From Oikopleura dioica (lineage: Eukaryota > Animalia > Chordata), in NCBI GenBank assembly GCA_907165135.1, contig OU015569.1, forward strand, positions 248,001 to 312,000: 64,000 nt of DNA. Direction: 5' to 3'. Made by a program: the position numbers and the translations under genes. The notes under the pieces were generated by a model that saw only the letters and a program-made list of their open reading frames with translations, made no database searches and had not been told where the DNA came from. Positions 12,715 through 25,406 of the stretch are shown here, in pieces (the first letter of the stretch is position 1; each line of letters starts with the position of its first letter).

Positions 12715-15700
12715 ATGCCGCTTAGGTTGGACATCCGTCGAGAACTGACCGCTCGAAGCGAACGAGTCAAATCGGTCGATCTTCATCCCACCGAGCCATG
12801 GCTGCTCTGCTCCTTGTATTCCGGACAGGTCCACATTTGGAACACGACCAGTTCTACTCTTATCAAAAACTTTGAAGGTACAGCTGCTTTTTATTTGAAA
12901 AAATGGCAAGAAAATTTAAGAAGAAAGAAAATTAGACCTGCCAAAAGCTCGGAAACCTGTGTAGAAAACCTGACTCAGAGATTGAAGGATCTTTCAGACC
13001 CTGAGTCAGGTTTGCTACACAGGCTTCCGAAACAGGCTCTAGACAGAACAGAGTGTGACAGTAACGTTTCAGTATGCGATCTTCCAGTCAGAGCGGCGAA
13101 ATTCGTGCCAAGAAAGAATTGGGTGGTTTCGGGATCAGACGATATGCATGTGCGCGTTTTCAACTACAACACTCTCGAAAGACAACACGCTTTTGAAGCC
13201 CATTCAGATTATATCAGGCAAGACCGTTTTCAGCTTTTCTTAATTATTTTTTGTTTCCAGATGTATTGCCGTACATCCCTCCCAGCCGTTCATTTTAACT
13301 TCCTCCGACGACATGCTGATCAAACTGTGGGACTGGGAAAAGAAATGGCAGTGCCAGCAAGTGTTCGAGGGCCACACGCACTACGTCATGCAAGTCGTCT
13401 TCAACAGGAAAGACGCGAACACCTTCTGCTCGGCCTCGCTGGATCGAACGCTCAAAGTCTGGCAGCTGGGCTCCAACCAGCCGAATTTCACTCTTGAAGG
13501 GCACGAGAAGGGAGTCAACTGCGTCGACTACTACTCCGGTGGCGACAAGCCTTACCTCATCTCTGGCGCTGACGATCGCCTCGTGAAGATTTGGGACTAC
13601 CAGAACAAGACCTGCGTCCAAACACTCGATGGACACTCACAAAACGTCACAGCAGTCTGCTACCACCCCGAGAAGCCGATCATCATGTCCGGCTCTGAAG
13701 ACGGATCGCTGCGAATCTGGCACTCGAACACTTACCGACTTGAAGACACGCTGAGCTACAATTTGGAGCGCGTCTGGTGCGTCCAGGCGATGAAGGGATC
13801 CAACTCCGTTGCGATCGGTTACGACGAAGGAACCATCCTCATCAAAATGGGAAAAGACGAGCCGGCAGTGACGATGGACGCCAAGGGAAAAATCATCTGG
13901 TCGAGGAACTCCGAGCTCTGCCACGTAAGAAATCAACCACATGGAATTGAAATATGCTCACTTCCATTTTAGACATCTCTGCAAGGCCTTGACTTCAGCA
14001 CAGTCCGCGATGGAGAACGAATCGTCCTTCCCGTCAAAGACGGAAGCGCGGCTGAAATCTTCCCACAAACACTGCAGCACAACGCTAATGGACGATTCGT
14101 CGTCGCATGTGGCGATGGAGAGTACATCATTTACACTTCCATGGCTCTCAGAAACAAAGTAACTGGCTCTTTACCCGTCCGTTCTTTTAATCACCCCTAT
14201 TTTAGGCCTTTGGCAGCGCGCTAGAATTCGTCTGGTCCTACAATGCGGCCGAATTCGCCGTTCGAGAGTCCTCCCAAACCGTCAAAATCCACAACATGAA
14301 CAAGCCCAAAGACGCGAAATCCTTCAAGCCAGAGTTCGGCGCCGACCAGATCTTCACCGGTCCAATTTTGGGCGTCCGCGGCGGCGACTCGCTCGCCTTC
14401 TACAGCTGGGAAGACCAGTCTCTTGTTCGAAGAATCGAAATCGACGCCAAGCAAGTTTTCTGGAGCGAGAACCATGATCTCGTCGCGCTTTGCTCAGATG
14501 AATCTTTCTACGTCTTGAAATACAACGCTGAACACAACGAAGAACCAGATGAGGTCAGGAAAATCATCATTTAATTCAGCTCTAGAACTCCCTTCTTTTA
14601 GGACGGATACCCAGACGCCTTCGAAGTCTTGGGAGAAATCGAAGAAACAGTCAAGACCGGAGTCTGGGTGGGCGACTGCTTCATCTTCACCAACGCGTTG
14701 AACCGACTGAACTACTACGTCGGCGGCGAAATCGTCACAGTGGCTCATTTGGAGAAGCCACTTTATCTCCTCGGTTACCTGCCCGATGTCAACCGAGTCT
14801 TCCTCGCTGATGCGGAGCTCAACGTCATTTCCTACAACGTCGAACTTTCTATTCTTCAGTATCAGGTACGAAAAATAGATCTCTTTCGCAATCAACCTCT
14901 TTAGAACAAAATTTCATCGTGTTTTGTAGACGGCTGTGATGCGCCAAGACTTCGACACTGCCAACGAAGTGCTTCCATCGATTCCAAAATCAGCTAGATC
15001 GCGAGTCGCTCATTTCCTCGAAAAGCAAGGCTTCAAGAAGCAAGCCCTCGCCGTCACCACCGATCCAGAGCATCAATTCGACCTTGCCCTCCAGGTTCTT
15101 TTCTCTCTTTCAGACCCTTTTCCAAGCAAAATTTCAGCTCGGCGAGCTTGACAAAGTCGTCGAAATCGCAAAAGAAATCGACTCCGTTGAAAAGTGGCGA
15201 AGCGTCGCCGATTTGGCGACAAAGAACTGCGAATTAAAACTTGCCTCCGAAGCGCTTCGAAAAGCAAAGGATCATGGAGGTCTTCTCCTTCTCGCCACCA
15301 GCGCTGGTGATGCCCAAGCGGTCACCAATCTCGCCAACGGTCAGTCTCATCCTTTCTTTATTTCCTAACCATTTTTCAGACGCCGAAGCAGAAGGAAAAT
15401 TCAACGTCGCCTTCTTGAGCCACATGCTTACCGGCAATTTGACGGCTTGTTTGAACCTGCTTCTTTCTGCCAACAGACTTCCAGAAGCCGCCATGTTCTG
15501 CAGAACTTACCTGCCGTCCGAAGCTCAACGAGTCACTACTCTTTGGAAAGGTAATCAGTCTGATGTTTTTCTTTCTCTATTTTTTCTTTGTTCAGAAAGC
15601 TTATCCGGAAAACACGCAGAAGCGATCGCGGAGCCGGAGAAGTACGCAAATCTTTTTGGCGAATATGAAGACTCACTTAGAGCGGAAAAATATTACAACG

Positions 15701-15983
15701 AGGTGGGGAAAGGTTTATAAAAGTGGGTTCAAAATGGGTTTAGAACAAAACGAGGGAATTTGCTTCTGAGTACCCGGAAATGACGGCGATTACGGAGCGC
15801 GATTTGATCGAGGAATCGATAGGAATGGAGATCGAGGAAGACGAGCAACAGGAAGAAGAAGAGGAAGAAGCTGCTGCCGATGAGGAGGAGGAAGAAGAAG
15901 TAGAAGAAACCAGTGTTGGAAACGAAGCTGCAGATGAATCAGGAAGCGATCATAATTCTTTCTCGGTGAATGACTCGGACTGA
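12715..15983 (+). CDS. COPB2: Coatomer subunit beta-prime (WD40), multi-exon
   Basis: [78 protein letters not shown]. Includes a GC-AG intron at 13218-13260. TTTCAG lies just before the ATG. Confidence 0.97.
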
Positions 15984-16266
15984 ACTGCCTCTTTCTTCCT
16001 TTTTTCCGTTTAGAAAAAAAATAATCAGCGAAAACTTTAACTTCAAGACGCGAGTTTGTGCAATATAAATATAAATAAACCTGTTCTTAAAAATTTCAAT
16101 GAACCACTTCCTCTATTCCCATTCTTTTAAAAACGCAATAAACGAAAAACGTATCTATTTATCTACCACTTTGATATTTCTTAATAAATATTAATATTTT
16201 AAACTTTTAAGCGGTGTCTGTACAAAATAAACGCTTTTCTATTTCATCCCTTTTTTTCTATGCTCT

Positions 16267-16559
16267 CAGGGTTCGAATACGCGCCTTCAGCAAGCTGGAA
16301 TCATTAGTAGATACAGTTATTAGTTTTCATTATGACTCAGAGGGCGCGAAAGAGCTAGCTGCTTTGAAAGGTAGCAATTGATTACCTTATAGACCGAATA
16401 CGGCTTTCTGATTGGCTCCACAGCAGAAATGCTTTTTGAGCCAATCAGATGGCTTTATTCAGTCCACAAGCCAATCAAAAGTCACCCTATGAAGCAAAAT
16501 GCCTACCACAATCTTACTGTATCTAAAAATGATCCAGAACTGTAGGTTTTCGAACCCTG
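16267..16559. mobile_element. hAT-like MITE with internal CCAAT boxes
   Basis: CAGGGTTCGAA...TTCGAACCCTG termini and imperfect subterminal inverted repeats. No clean TSD. Confidence 0.6.
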
Positions 16560-16650
16560 GTTGCTAGTTTGGTGTTTTATTCTTGGTGATTCTTGAGTTG
16601 TTGATTATCAAATCAACGATTGAATTGTTGATTACTTTTTATGATCGAAA

Positions 16651-16824
16651 ATGAAAGACGCCAAAGCAGCTGAAACGAACCAAAGCGAGAGCTCAAACCA
16701 AGCCTCCCCGGCCGAGATCATCTCCGATTCCGAAGTCGCCGCGCTAGAAGCCGAGCTAGACAACATCGACGTCAACGAAGATGACGTCGACGACCTTGAC
16801 TCCGAAGATCTTGACTTTGAGTAA
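16651..16824 (+). CDS. Probable alternative acidic last exon of COPB2, or a separate 57-aa ORF
   Basis: ALEAELDNIDVNEDDVDDLDSEDLDFE* resembles the COPB2 C-terminal acidic tail as I recall it. It is followed by AATAAA near 16850 and has phase-1 AG acceptors near its start. Confidence 0.55.
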   Translation: MKDAKAAETNQSESSNQASPAEIISDSEVAALEAELDNIDVNEDDVDDLDSEDLDFE

Positions 16825-17601
16825 ATCCACCTTCGTCTCGCTCCATTTTTAATAAAAATAAGTAACGAATTTTTCTTGTGCCGCTCGTCTTCTTTTCTCC
16901 CTTTTTTAAAAAAGTCACAGTTCCTATTTTTTTGTGTTTAGCGAATCCAAAATTTTAAGTTGAAGCTGAAATTCCTTTTCAGCTCGTTTTAGTTACAATT
17001 TGTCTTCTTGTCCATACATCCAACAACATAACTATGTGCAATCATCATCATTTCTTTTTAACTCTATCTCAGCTGGGCCCGGCAGCCTGTGTAGAAAACC
17101 TGAGTCAGGTTCTGAACAGCTCAGATCTCTTCAGAACCTGACTCAGGTTTTCAACACAGGTTGTCGAGCCCAGAGAATCTCACACACAGTATTTGAATAG
17201 TTAATCTACTTCCGAGCGTATAGACCGATTTCGGCGTTCTCTAGAATCCCGTTATCAGTAATTCCATTTTATCATAACTTCAACGGAAGAATGCAATATC
17301 AAATACATCACGCTCAAAAACGTTTTTTTTTTCGCGAATATACCCATCGATAAAAATATTTAACAACTTCCAGCAGTCTCAAGAGCCCTCCCTTTTTTCC
17401 CAAACTTACCTATTAGATGACATTTTCTCAATTTGAGCTGGAAGTTTTATTTAAAAAAATCTTCTGTACAATCACTTTTTTCACTTTGAAAGGATTCGGT
17501 GATTTCCAATTTCGTTTTGGCAAGTTTTATTATTTATTACTACTATTCTATTTCTGTGTTCTTATTTACTAGAATAAAGCAATATTTAACACTCTCGTTC
17601 G

Positions 17602-18013
17602 CTGGGCTAGGCAACCTTTGTGGAAAAGCTGAGTCCGGGTCTGAAGCTTCTCAAATCAAAAGCTGAGACTTTTCATTTGAGCTCTTTCAGACCCTGACTC
17701 AGGTTTTCTACAACTTTGATGCTTGATTGAAGCAAAAATCGAGCACAGCTCGGCAAGCTGTGTAAAAAAACCTGAGTCAGGGTCTGAAATATCTCAAATG
17801 AAAGATTCTTTCAATTGTTTGCGTTACTTCAGACCCTGACTCAGGTTTTCTACACAGGTTGCCGAGCACAGCTCAGTTTTTGCTTCAATCAAGCATCAAA
17901 GTTGCAGAAAATCTGAGTCAGGGTCTGAAAGATCTCAAATAAAAAGTCGCAGCTTTTGATTTGAGATGCTTCTGACCCTGACTCAGGTTTTCCCCACAGG
18001 TTGCCGAGCACAG
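17602..18013. mobile_element. Triple family-A MITE arranged as one approx. 410-bp palindrome
   Basis: The outer units are reverse complements including their private interiors, and inverted spacers flank the central unit. Confidence 0.85.
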
Positions 18014-18119
18014 CTTCAATCAAGCATCAAAAAGTTTATGAATAATTTCGTTGCAGCGCTTTTTGCAGCTAATTCGACTTTTTGAAAAGAAGAGTCTTTT
18101 CAAGAAATGAATTCAGAAA

Positions 18120-20462
18120 ATGGAGAGCAATACGGGGGAGTTTATGCTTTCCGCTCGAGATAACTGCAGAGCAGAGAATGGATCCGACCACGATTTGAGC
18201 GCCGCCAACTCGGAAATGATTTACAGAGTTTTTTATTCAAAAGGTAACAGGTTTTTCGTTTTTGGGATTTTATTGAGTAAGAGGCAGATGTTCCAACAAC
18301 TAGCAATAGGCTATACAGATATTATTGTGTTCATTTTATGCAAAATAAATTCAGATAGATAACTGTAAGCAAAAGGCAAAATTCAATTGAAATACGTAGT
18401 CGAAATTCGCATAAAAGCAACATTTTTTAGTACAGAAACGAGTATTTAGGTATTTCGAATATCATTTTATTCATTTTCTATATCTAACCATGCAGAACCT
18501 GCTTTTCGATTAGCCACGCAATTTTTTTAGATTTCATTTTATTTTTGCTTAGATTTCGAGATCCGACTCCGCTTAAATCACCCCAAATCGAGGTCATCAA
18601 AAGAGGCAGCATACTACTCTACTATTAGCCTACCCTACAAAATGCTACCTCCGATTATTTATCCGCCCAACTTTTTTGACCCACTTTTTTAAAGCAAAAT
18701 TTGCGTTTCTTTCAAGCCAGAATTATGCAGTAAAATATTCAAACAACTTGAGCTAATCGACCTATTGCGGTTCGCTACGTAAACTCTTATCAGTACTTCT
18801 CTCTTTTTGTCTTTTTTGCCTGAAGACCGAAAATTTGGAATATGGTTTTGCGAGTAAATCAAGAGAGAATTTTTTTTGAAAGTATTTTATTTTCAGATAA
18901 TTTTAATTTGGTGGCATATTTCTACTTCACGCCTTATGAATTCGTAGATATTAACGATTCCATTTTATTCACTGATTTTGGTTTTCACGGAAGTGGCTTA
19001 GAAATCAGAACTGTGACGAAGAAAAATCAAAATTTGGTTCCATTTTATATTTTTTCCATTCCGAGGAATCGGCGGCCAGTTAAATATCCCAAAAACTAAG
19101 TCAACAAGCCATTCATTTTTATTATTTCTTTTGTTTCTTTGAAAATCATGAAGTACCCAAAAAACAGGTCAAAAAGTGCTAGTTAATTTGTCGATGCTAA
19201 ATGAAAAGGGCCCGAGTATTTGATGAACGATCAACTTTTTGTTCCCAAATCTTCAATAAAAACGATTCTTTTTTTAGCAAAGTTAAAAGCGATCGCGCAG
19301 ACAAGTGCCCTCCTCGCCGGTTTCGCCATGGTGGCCATGGTAGAAGTAACCCTCGACAATGTGCGTTTTCTAGCGCTTTCTTCCTTCTTATCCCTTTTTA
19401 GGCAGTTCCGTATCCTTCAATCCTCCTGGTTCTCTTTTCTTGCGTTACTACTCTACTCGTCATTGTCCATCTTTTCTCGCTTATGATCGGTAAGTTGGAT
19501 AGCTAGGGTCGAGAATCCGCTTGCGGCTTCGAGACATAATATGAAATAGCCGCGCTTCAATCTCAAGTAGCATGTTGAATCGCGGCTTTTTCGGTCTTTT
19601 TCTTGATATTATCGTTTTCAAAGCCGCTGCGCGGCTTTAATTATCCATATTGTGTCTCGAAGCCGCAAGCGGCTTCTCGACTTTCGTCTGTATTAAAGTA
19701 GCTGCTCTTCTTTTTCCTCATTTTTAAAATTCCAAATTCCAGCGACGTGTATTCTTCCGAACATCGAAGCCGCAGTGGGCATCCGCAAATGGTCGAGTTC
19801 TCCGCACAACAAGTTCAAATCTCAAATCGAAGTGGCGTGGATTCTCTCAACTGGTTTCGGCCTGGTACTTTTCCTCATAGAAGTGGCTCTTCTGATTTGG
19901 ATCAAGTTCTGGACCATCATGGATCATGGAAGCCCGAGCGTCGAGGAAACGACCGACGATACTCCTCCCACGACGATAGAGCCAGAATCGGACTTGCCGA
20001 ACAACAATCCTTCGCACAGAGGGGCAATGCTAGCGGCGATCATTGCTTCTGTCGCGTTTCTAGTGCCAGGCGGCATTGCCTTCGTCTACTTTGGCGCCAG
20101 TTTTTACAGGTTAGAAATTCTCTGATTTTTTTTTTCGAAAAAAATAAGGAAGTTTTTGAACTTTTTCTTTGTTTGCTCGATTCATTTATGAAAGAGAGAG
20201 ATAGTGACATAATGTCACTGACATTTGCATGAGTATTTGCTTGAATTGGTGATTTTTAAGTGTTTTTTTTAGTAAACTAGCGAACCACGCGAGGGAAATA
20301 AGAATGTCCGAAATGGACAAGATTCACGAAAAACGCCTTTTGCTCGATGGAGAAGGAATCGGGGAAGGGAGGATTTCAAACGCTTCTCTCTATTCTTTCA
20401 AGGAATGGTTTTCATCAGTCTATCTCTATTTCGATTTATCGACAGAGAATGAAACCGAATAA
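18120..20462 (+). CDS. ORAI: Calcium release-activated calcium channel protein Orai
   Basis: Spliced model reads RVFYSK|AKLKAIAQTSALLAGFAMVAMVEV, ATCILPNIEA, SQIEVAWILSTGFGLVLFLIEVALLIWIKFW. GT-AG introns in phase. Confidence 0.92.
19509..19682. mobile_element. MITE family B in an ORAI intron; relatives at about 35625-35720 and 37475-37595
   Basis: TCGAGAATCCGCTTGCGGCTTCGAG...CTCGAAGCCGCAAGCGGCTTCTCGA inverted termini. Confidence 0.75.
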
Positions 20463-20957
20463 AAAGTCTGCAGAGCAAAACTTGAAAATCGTCTGAAAAT
20501 TGCCGATTGTCGATTTTTTCTATTTCTGTTTCTAATTTAAAAATTTTCAAAAATTTCGTTCTTGATCCTGTTTCCTACAAAATCCGCAAAGTTCCTCTTT
20601 CTACCTCCTGGAATCGAAAACTCACTCATTTCCGATTCAATTCTGATTTCATTTCTTCCGATTCTCTTTGCCAACTCCTCTTCAAGTCCGTGTTTCTACT
20701 GTAGAACTATTGAACTGTACATAAAGACATTCTAGCCTACTACTGTATTGTTTATTTTGTAAAGAATGATGATTATTAATTATTTTATTTTCAAAAACGC
20801 GCTCGTACTTAAAAAAAAGCTAATTTCTTTCATTTTCCAATTTTATACTTCAATTTTAACAGTTCAAAAATTCACAAAAACTAAAGATCTAAAAAAGCAT
20901 TCGCCTCCACCGTCTCATAAATCGTTATCGCCCTTGTTTACTCGTGTTGCTCTTCAG

Positions 20958-23900
20958 ATGCCCGTGCCCAAACAGCCGTGTCCAGTTAGACAAAGAAAGT
21001 TCGGCGTTGTAGGTAAAAAAAAAGCAGCAGCTCTTGAATCTTAATTTCTAAAAAAGCGATTTTGAAGATAAAATCGCGCCGCAAGAGAGTGACGACGAAG
21101 ACGATCGAAAGCCCTTTCCTTCTGGACCAAATAATGCGCAGACCTCCACTATAGACGGTAATTAAACCTGTATTCCAAGTTAACTTACCTACTGAAACCC
21201 TTATTTTTTTGTACCAAGAGCTCAAGCATTTATATATCTCTGCTGATCTTTTCTTTTGGATTTAATATAGGAACAACCTTATTTTCTTTGAAAGAAAAAG
21301 ACGACAAAACTCTAGGGTCTGTTTGATATCACAGAGGTCATTTTATAATTTATTTCAATAGTTACAGGTAATAGTATTCTTTGATAAACCGTACGCAGTC
21401 TCCAACCTGGGGATCCTTTTGCTTAAGGAAAATTCGGTTTTCATTTTAAAAGTTTAATCAAGATAATTTGTTTTTGTCAAATAGCAATTATTTTCACTGA
21501 TATTTCTCTCCCCGAAAAAATGATTTTTTGTTGGTGTTGATCGTAAATGCAAAGTTATCGCTGCTACGGGTTATCAATTTCATTTAATGAGTTATTGCTT
21601 CTTTTATTAATTTTTCTAACTAACAGTTATAGTAAAAATATTTTCCAAAAATAAAGGTCAAGCTCAAGTAACAGACAAGTGTTTGCGTATTTTTAAAGTA
21701 CGGAAAACAGTTAAAAATCATGCCAGACATCATAAAGCGTTCATTTAAAAGTTCTTTCATATTTTTAAATTTAATTAATTAATATCATGGGAAGTTCCCA
21801 TGATAGTTCCCATTGGGAACAACAAATAGTGAGTGTCGTGAATTCGACCAAAGTAGGTTGGTTTTGTTATAAAATCACTACGTCCAAGGTGCCATTCGGA
21901 GATCATTTTAAGTATTTTGCTTATTTTTCTCTATCATTTCGAGCCTCTGCGCTGGAAAAGCGCTTCTACCAGACGGGGATCGTAAATGGAGAGTTATCGC
22001 CGCTACGGGCCATCAATTTTATTTCAAGAGTTATTGCTCCCTCTGCCCCAATAAATCTTTTGACTACAACAAGTAAGGGGATCACTACGCTATCCCTAAA
22101 GCGAGGAAAAAGCTTAATCTCGATGTCCATCCCCTAAATTCATCGGTTAATTGATCGATTGATTATTTCGTGTTTTAGATCCAAATGCTGCCAGCGGAGA
22201 TCAAGGAAAAAGCACCTTTAAAATTTTACTCACTGCCTCCCTCTTTTCTGTAAGTACCCAAAGCTTTGAATCAACGTTAGAATAACCTGCTTTTCTAGGT
22301 ATTTCTGAATGGCATCAACGATTGCGACGAAACGTTCAACTATTGGGAGCCTCTGTACTATTTGATCAAAGGAGGGGGGTTCCAGACTTGGGAGTACTCG
22401 CCGGAATATGGACTCAGGAGTTGGTTCTATATTCTTTGCCATGGGCTTTGGTCGCTTTTCTTGGTAAGAACACAGAAACAAGGATATAGAATAATAAAGT
22501 TTGAGATGTATTTATTTTCATTTTTTCATTTTCGAGGCATTTTGATGCTTTTTTTTTTATGGGATATTGAATAAACTTCATTTTTTTGGTTTTTTCTCAG
22601 AAATTTGTGGTACGTTCATTGATGCGGAAGCTGTTGATTTCATTTTATTCTTCTATTTCTCCACAGTGTAAGGAATTTCGCAGGAGTATGAATAACAATC
22701 GAAGGGATGTATCTATTTTCAGGTTTCCAGATTCACGCGCTATGCTGCATTTACTGTATCATCCAAAATCACAGTCTTTATGGAGAAGGAATACCTTTCC
22801 TTTTTGATTTCATTTTCGTAGACGCAAAAAAAAAATCCCGCGATGCCTTTTTATATCCCAAAAACGAAGGCAATAAAACATCAGCTAATTTGTCTAGCCT
22901 AAATAATAAACGCTCCGAAAAAGTCTTCGATGTATTCTTTGCCTGTCTTATTTGATTGACTCACTTTTCCGAGAAAATCTAACATTTCTATTTGTAGCCG
23001 ACTTCGATCATTCCGCCGCCGATGTTTTTCTTCTTCCTTCGCCTCATTCTCGGCGTCGTCTGTGCCTGCTGTCAATTGTGGCTTTGCGAGTCGATACAGG
23101 TCGTTTTCGGTGGAAATGTGGCGAACATTTGGCTCTGGCTGACTTGCCTCTCCGCTGGCAACTTTATCTCCGCCACAGCTTTTCTTCCTTCGTCCACGTG
23201 CATGTATTTGACGTGTTTATGGATGGGCTTCTGGCTCCGAAGCAAGTACAACTGGGCCGTCTACGTCGGCGCTTTCAGCGCCCTGTTCTCCTGGCCATTT
23301 TCCGTTGCTCTGGGAATCCCGCTGGCGATCGACTGTCTTTTGAAGAAGAAAAAGCTGACGACCTTCGTCTACTACTGCATCGAAAGTTTCATCATCATCA
23401 ACTTGGTGATCGTGGCCTTTGACTGGTGGTTCTATGGAACGCCCAAGCTCGCCTGGCTCAATATCTTGACCTACAACGTTTTCTCGTCAAAGGGGCCTGA
23501 TTTGTATGGAACAGAACCGATTTCCTATTATTTGAAAAACCTGACGATCAACTTTGGCCCAGCCTGGATTCTCGGGCTGTTTTCTCTGCCGATTCTCGTC
23601 CTTTCCGAGTGGACAATTTCAAAGTTCGTCAAGCACTACCAGCCGGTTTATGACCTTGGTCTCTGGTTCCTCTCCCCGCTTTACTGCTGGATCCTCGTCT
23701 TTTTCTTCCAGGCGCACAAGGAAGAACGCTTCCTCTTCCCGATGTATCCCTGTCTCACCCTGGCGACGGCAGTGGCGATCGGATCGATTCAAAAAGTCTA
23801 CGCCGCGGTCTTGTTCAAAAAGCTGAAGATTCCGTTCATCGCGATCGGCTACGCAGCCCTCATCGTCACCGGCATTTTCGGTTTTTCCCGGCTTTGCGCT

Positions 23901-25011
23901 CTCGTCGCTGGTTACTCCGCTTCCAGTGACATCTACCGTTCCCTCTTTTCCAAGCTCCAAAACGGCTACCACTGGGTCGGCCCGACCACACTCTGCGTTG
24001 GAAAAGCCTGGCACCAGTTCCCCACGCATTTCTTCTTGCACGAAAATATGACCGCCGAAATCATTCAATCCGAATTCGCCGCTCAGCTTCCAGCCAAATT
24101 CGACAAGTGGCCAAAAGGACTCACAGACATTCCAGATCATTTCAACGATGCGAACAAGGAAGAACCAGGCCGTTACTTCGCTAATCCGACAAATGCTCAC
24201 AAGGTACCATTTTGTTTTTCTTGCTTGAACACGCTTACTTTGTAAAGTTCGGTTTTGAAGAGATAGATGTTAGAAAGAAATGTTTGCTTTTGACAGAGTT
24301 TTATTCTCAGGAATTTATAATTTCAGAAGACATTTTTTACAATGAGCCCTCGAAAGGGTAGTTTCACATATAACTGTATTAACAAACTCACTAACGATTC
24401 CATTTCATTATTTTCTTTTGTGCTTCTCCAAGAGTTTAAGCCAAATTTATCACTAAAATTTCATTTTCATTTTGAATTTTTTCTCCTTTCTCATACTAAA
24501 TGGGATGTGCATTAACGCTTGAACGAATATTGCGAAGATTCCGTCGTTCAAGCGTGAAAGCTTATTTGTTAACCCGAACGGGTTAAAAAGCTCCGAGTAC
24601 TTGACGGAACATCAACTTTTGTTTTCAAAGTTTCGATGAAAATGAGGGGCTTCTCGTTATCATGAAGGATTATCCTTTATTTATTGACGATTCTTTTAGT
24701 CTAGATTCTAAATTTAAGCAAAAAGTAGGCCCTTATTTATTCTTTATCTCTAGAACTGTCACTACCTGATCGACACAGATTACGGCGTCGAGTCCGAACT
24801 GGAGCCGCTCTACCACCTGACCGTCGAGCATTGGGAAACGCTAAGCGAGCTTGAAATCCTGGACGCCAGCAAGTCGCACTGGTTCTACCGCGCCTTCTAC
24901 GTCCCCTTTCTTTGGGAAGAAAACGTCCACTTTGGAAAATATCGACTTCTGAAGAACAAGGTCCTTTCACACGAAGGAGAACGAAAACAGGACGAAACAA
25001 CGGAGCAGTAA
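20958..25011 (+). CDS. ALG9: Alpha-1,2-mannosyltransferase ALG9
   Basis: DCDETFNYWEP, GFQTWEYSPEYGLRS, AFLPSS, GPDLYGTEP, HKEERFLFPMYP, LCVGKAWHQFP, RAFYVPFL. The first exons (20958, about 21055-21157) join in phase. Confidence 0.93.
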
Positions 25012-25406
25012 AAAAAATAAACTCAAGCACAAAACTTTCAATTGGATTTCCAAAATCTAGACTTTTTTTCTTTTTTTTTCCAAAATTTGGAATTCCAAAT
25101 TTCGGAAAGCAATATTTTTTGTCCAAACGCTGCAGCTCATTCTTTTCTGTCTTGTGCTCGGCATCCTGTGTAGAAAACCTGACTCAGGGTCCTGAAAGAG
25201 CTTTAATTGAAAACCTTCTTCCAGGGCCCTGACTCAGGTTTTCTACACAGGTTGCCGAGCCCAGCTTTCTGTGTTTTTAAAAAGACAACTTTTAGTTCAA
25301 TTATTGAAATTTTCTGAAAAAATCCTCATGGTGCCTATCGAAAATCTACCAACTTCTTCCTCGACTCACTTAATTCATTCCTCTTTTTTTCAGAATTTAA
25401 AAAAGA

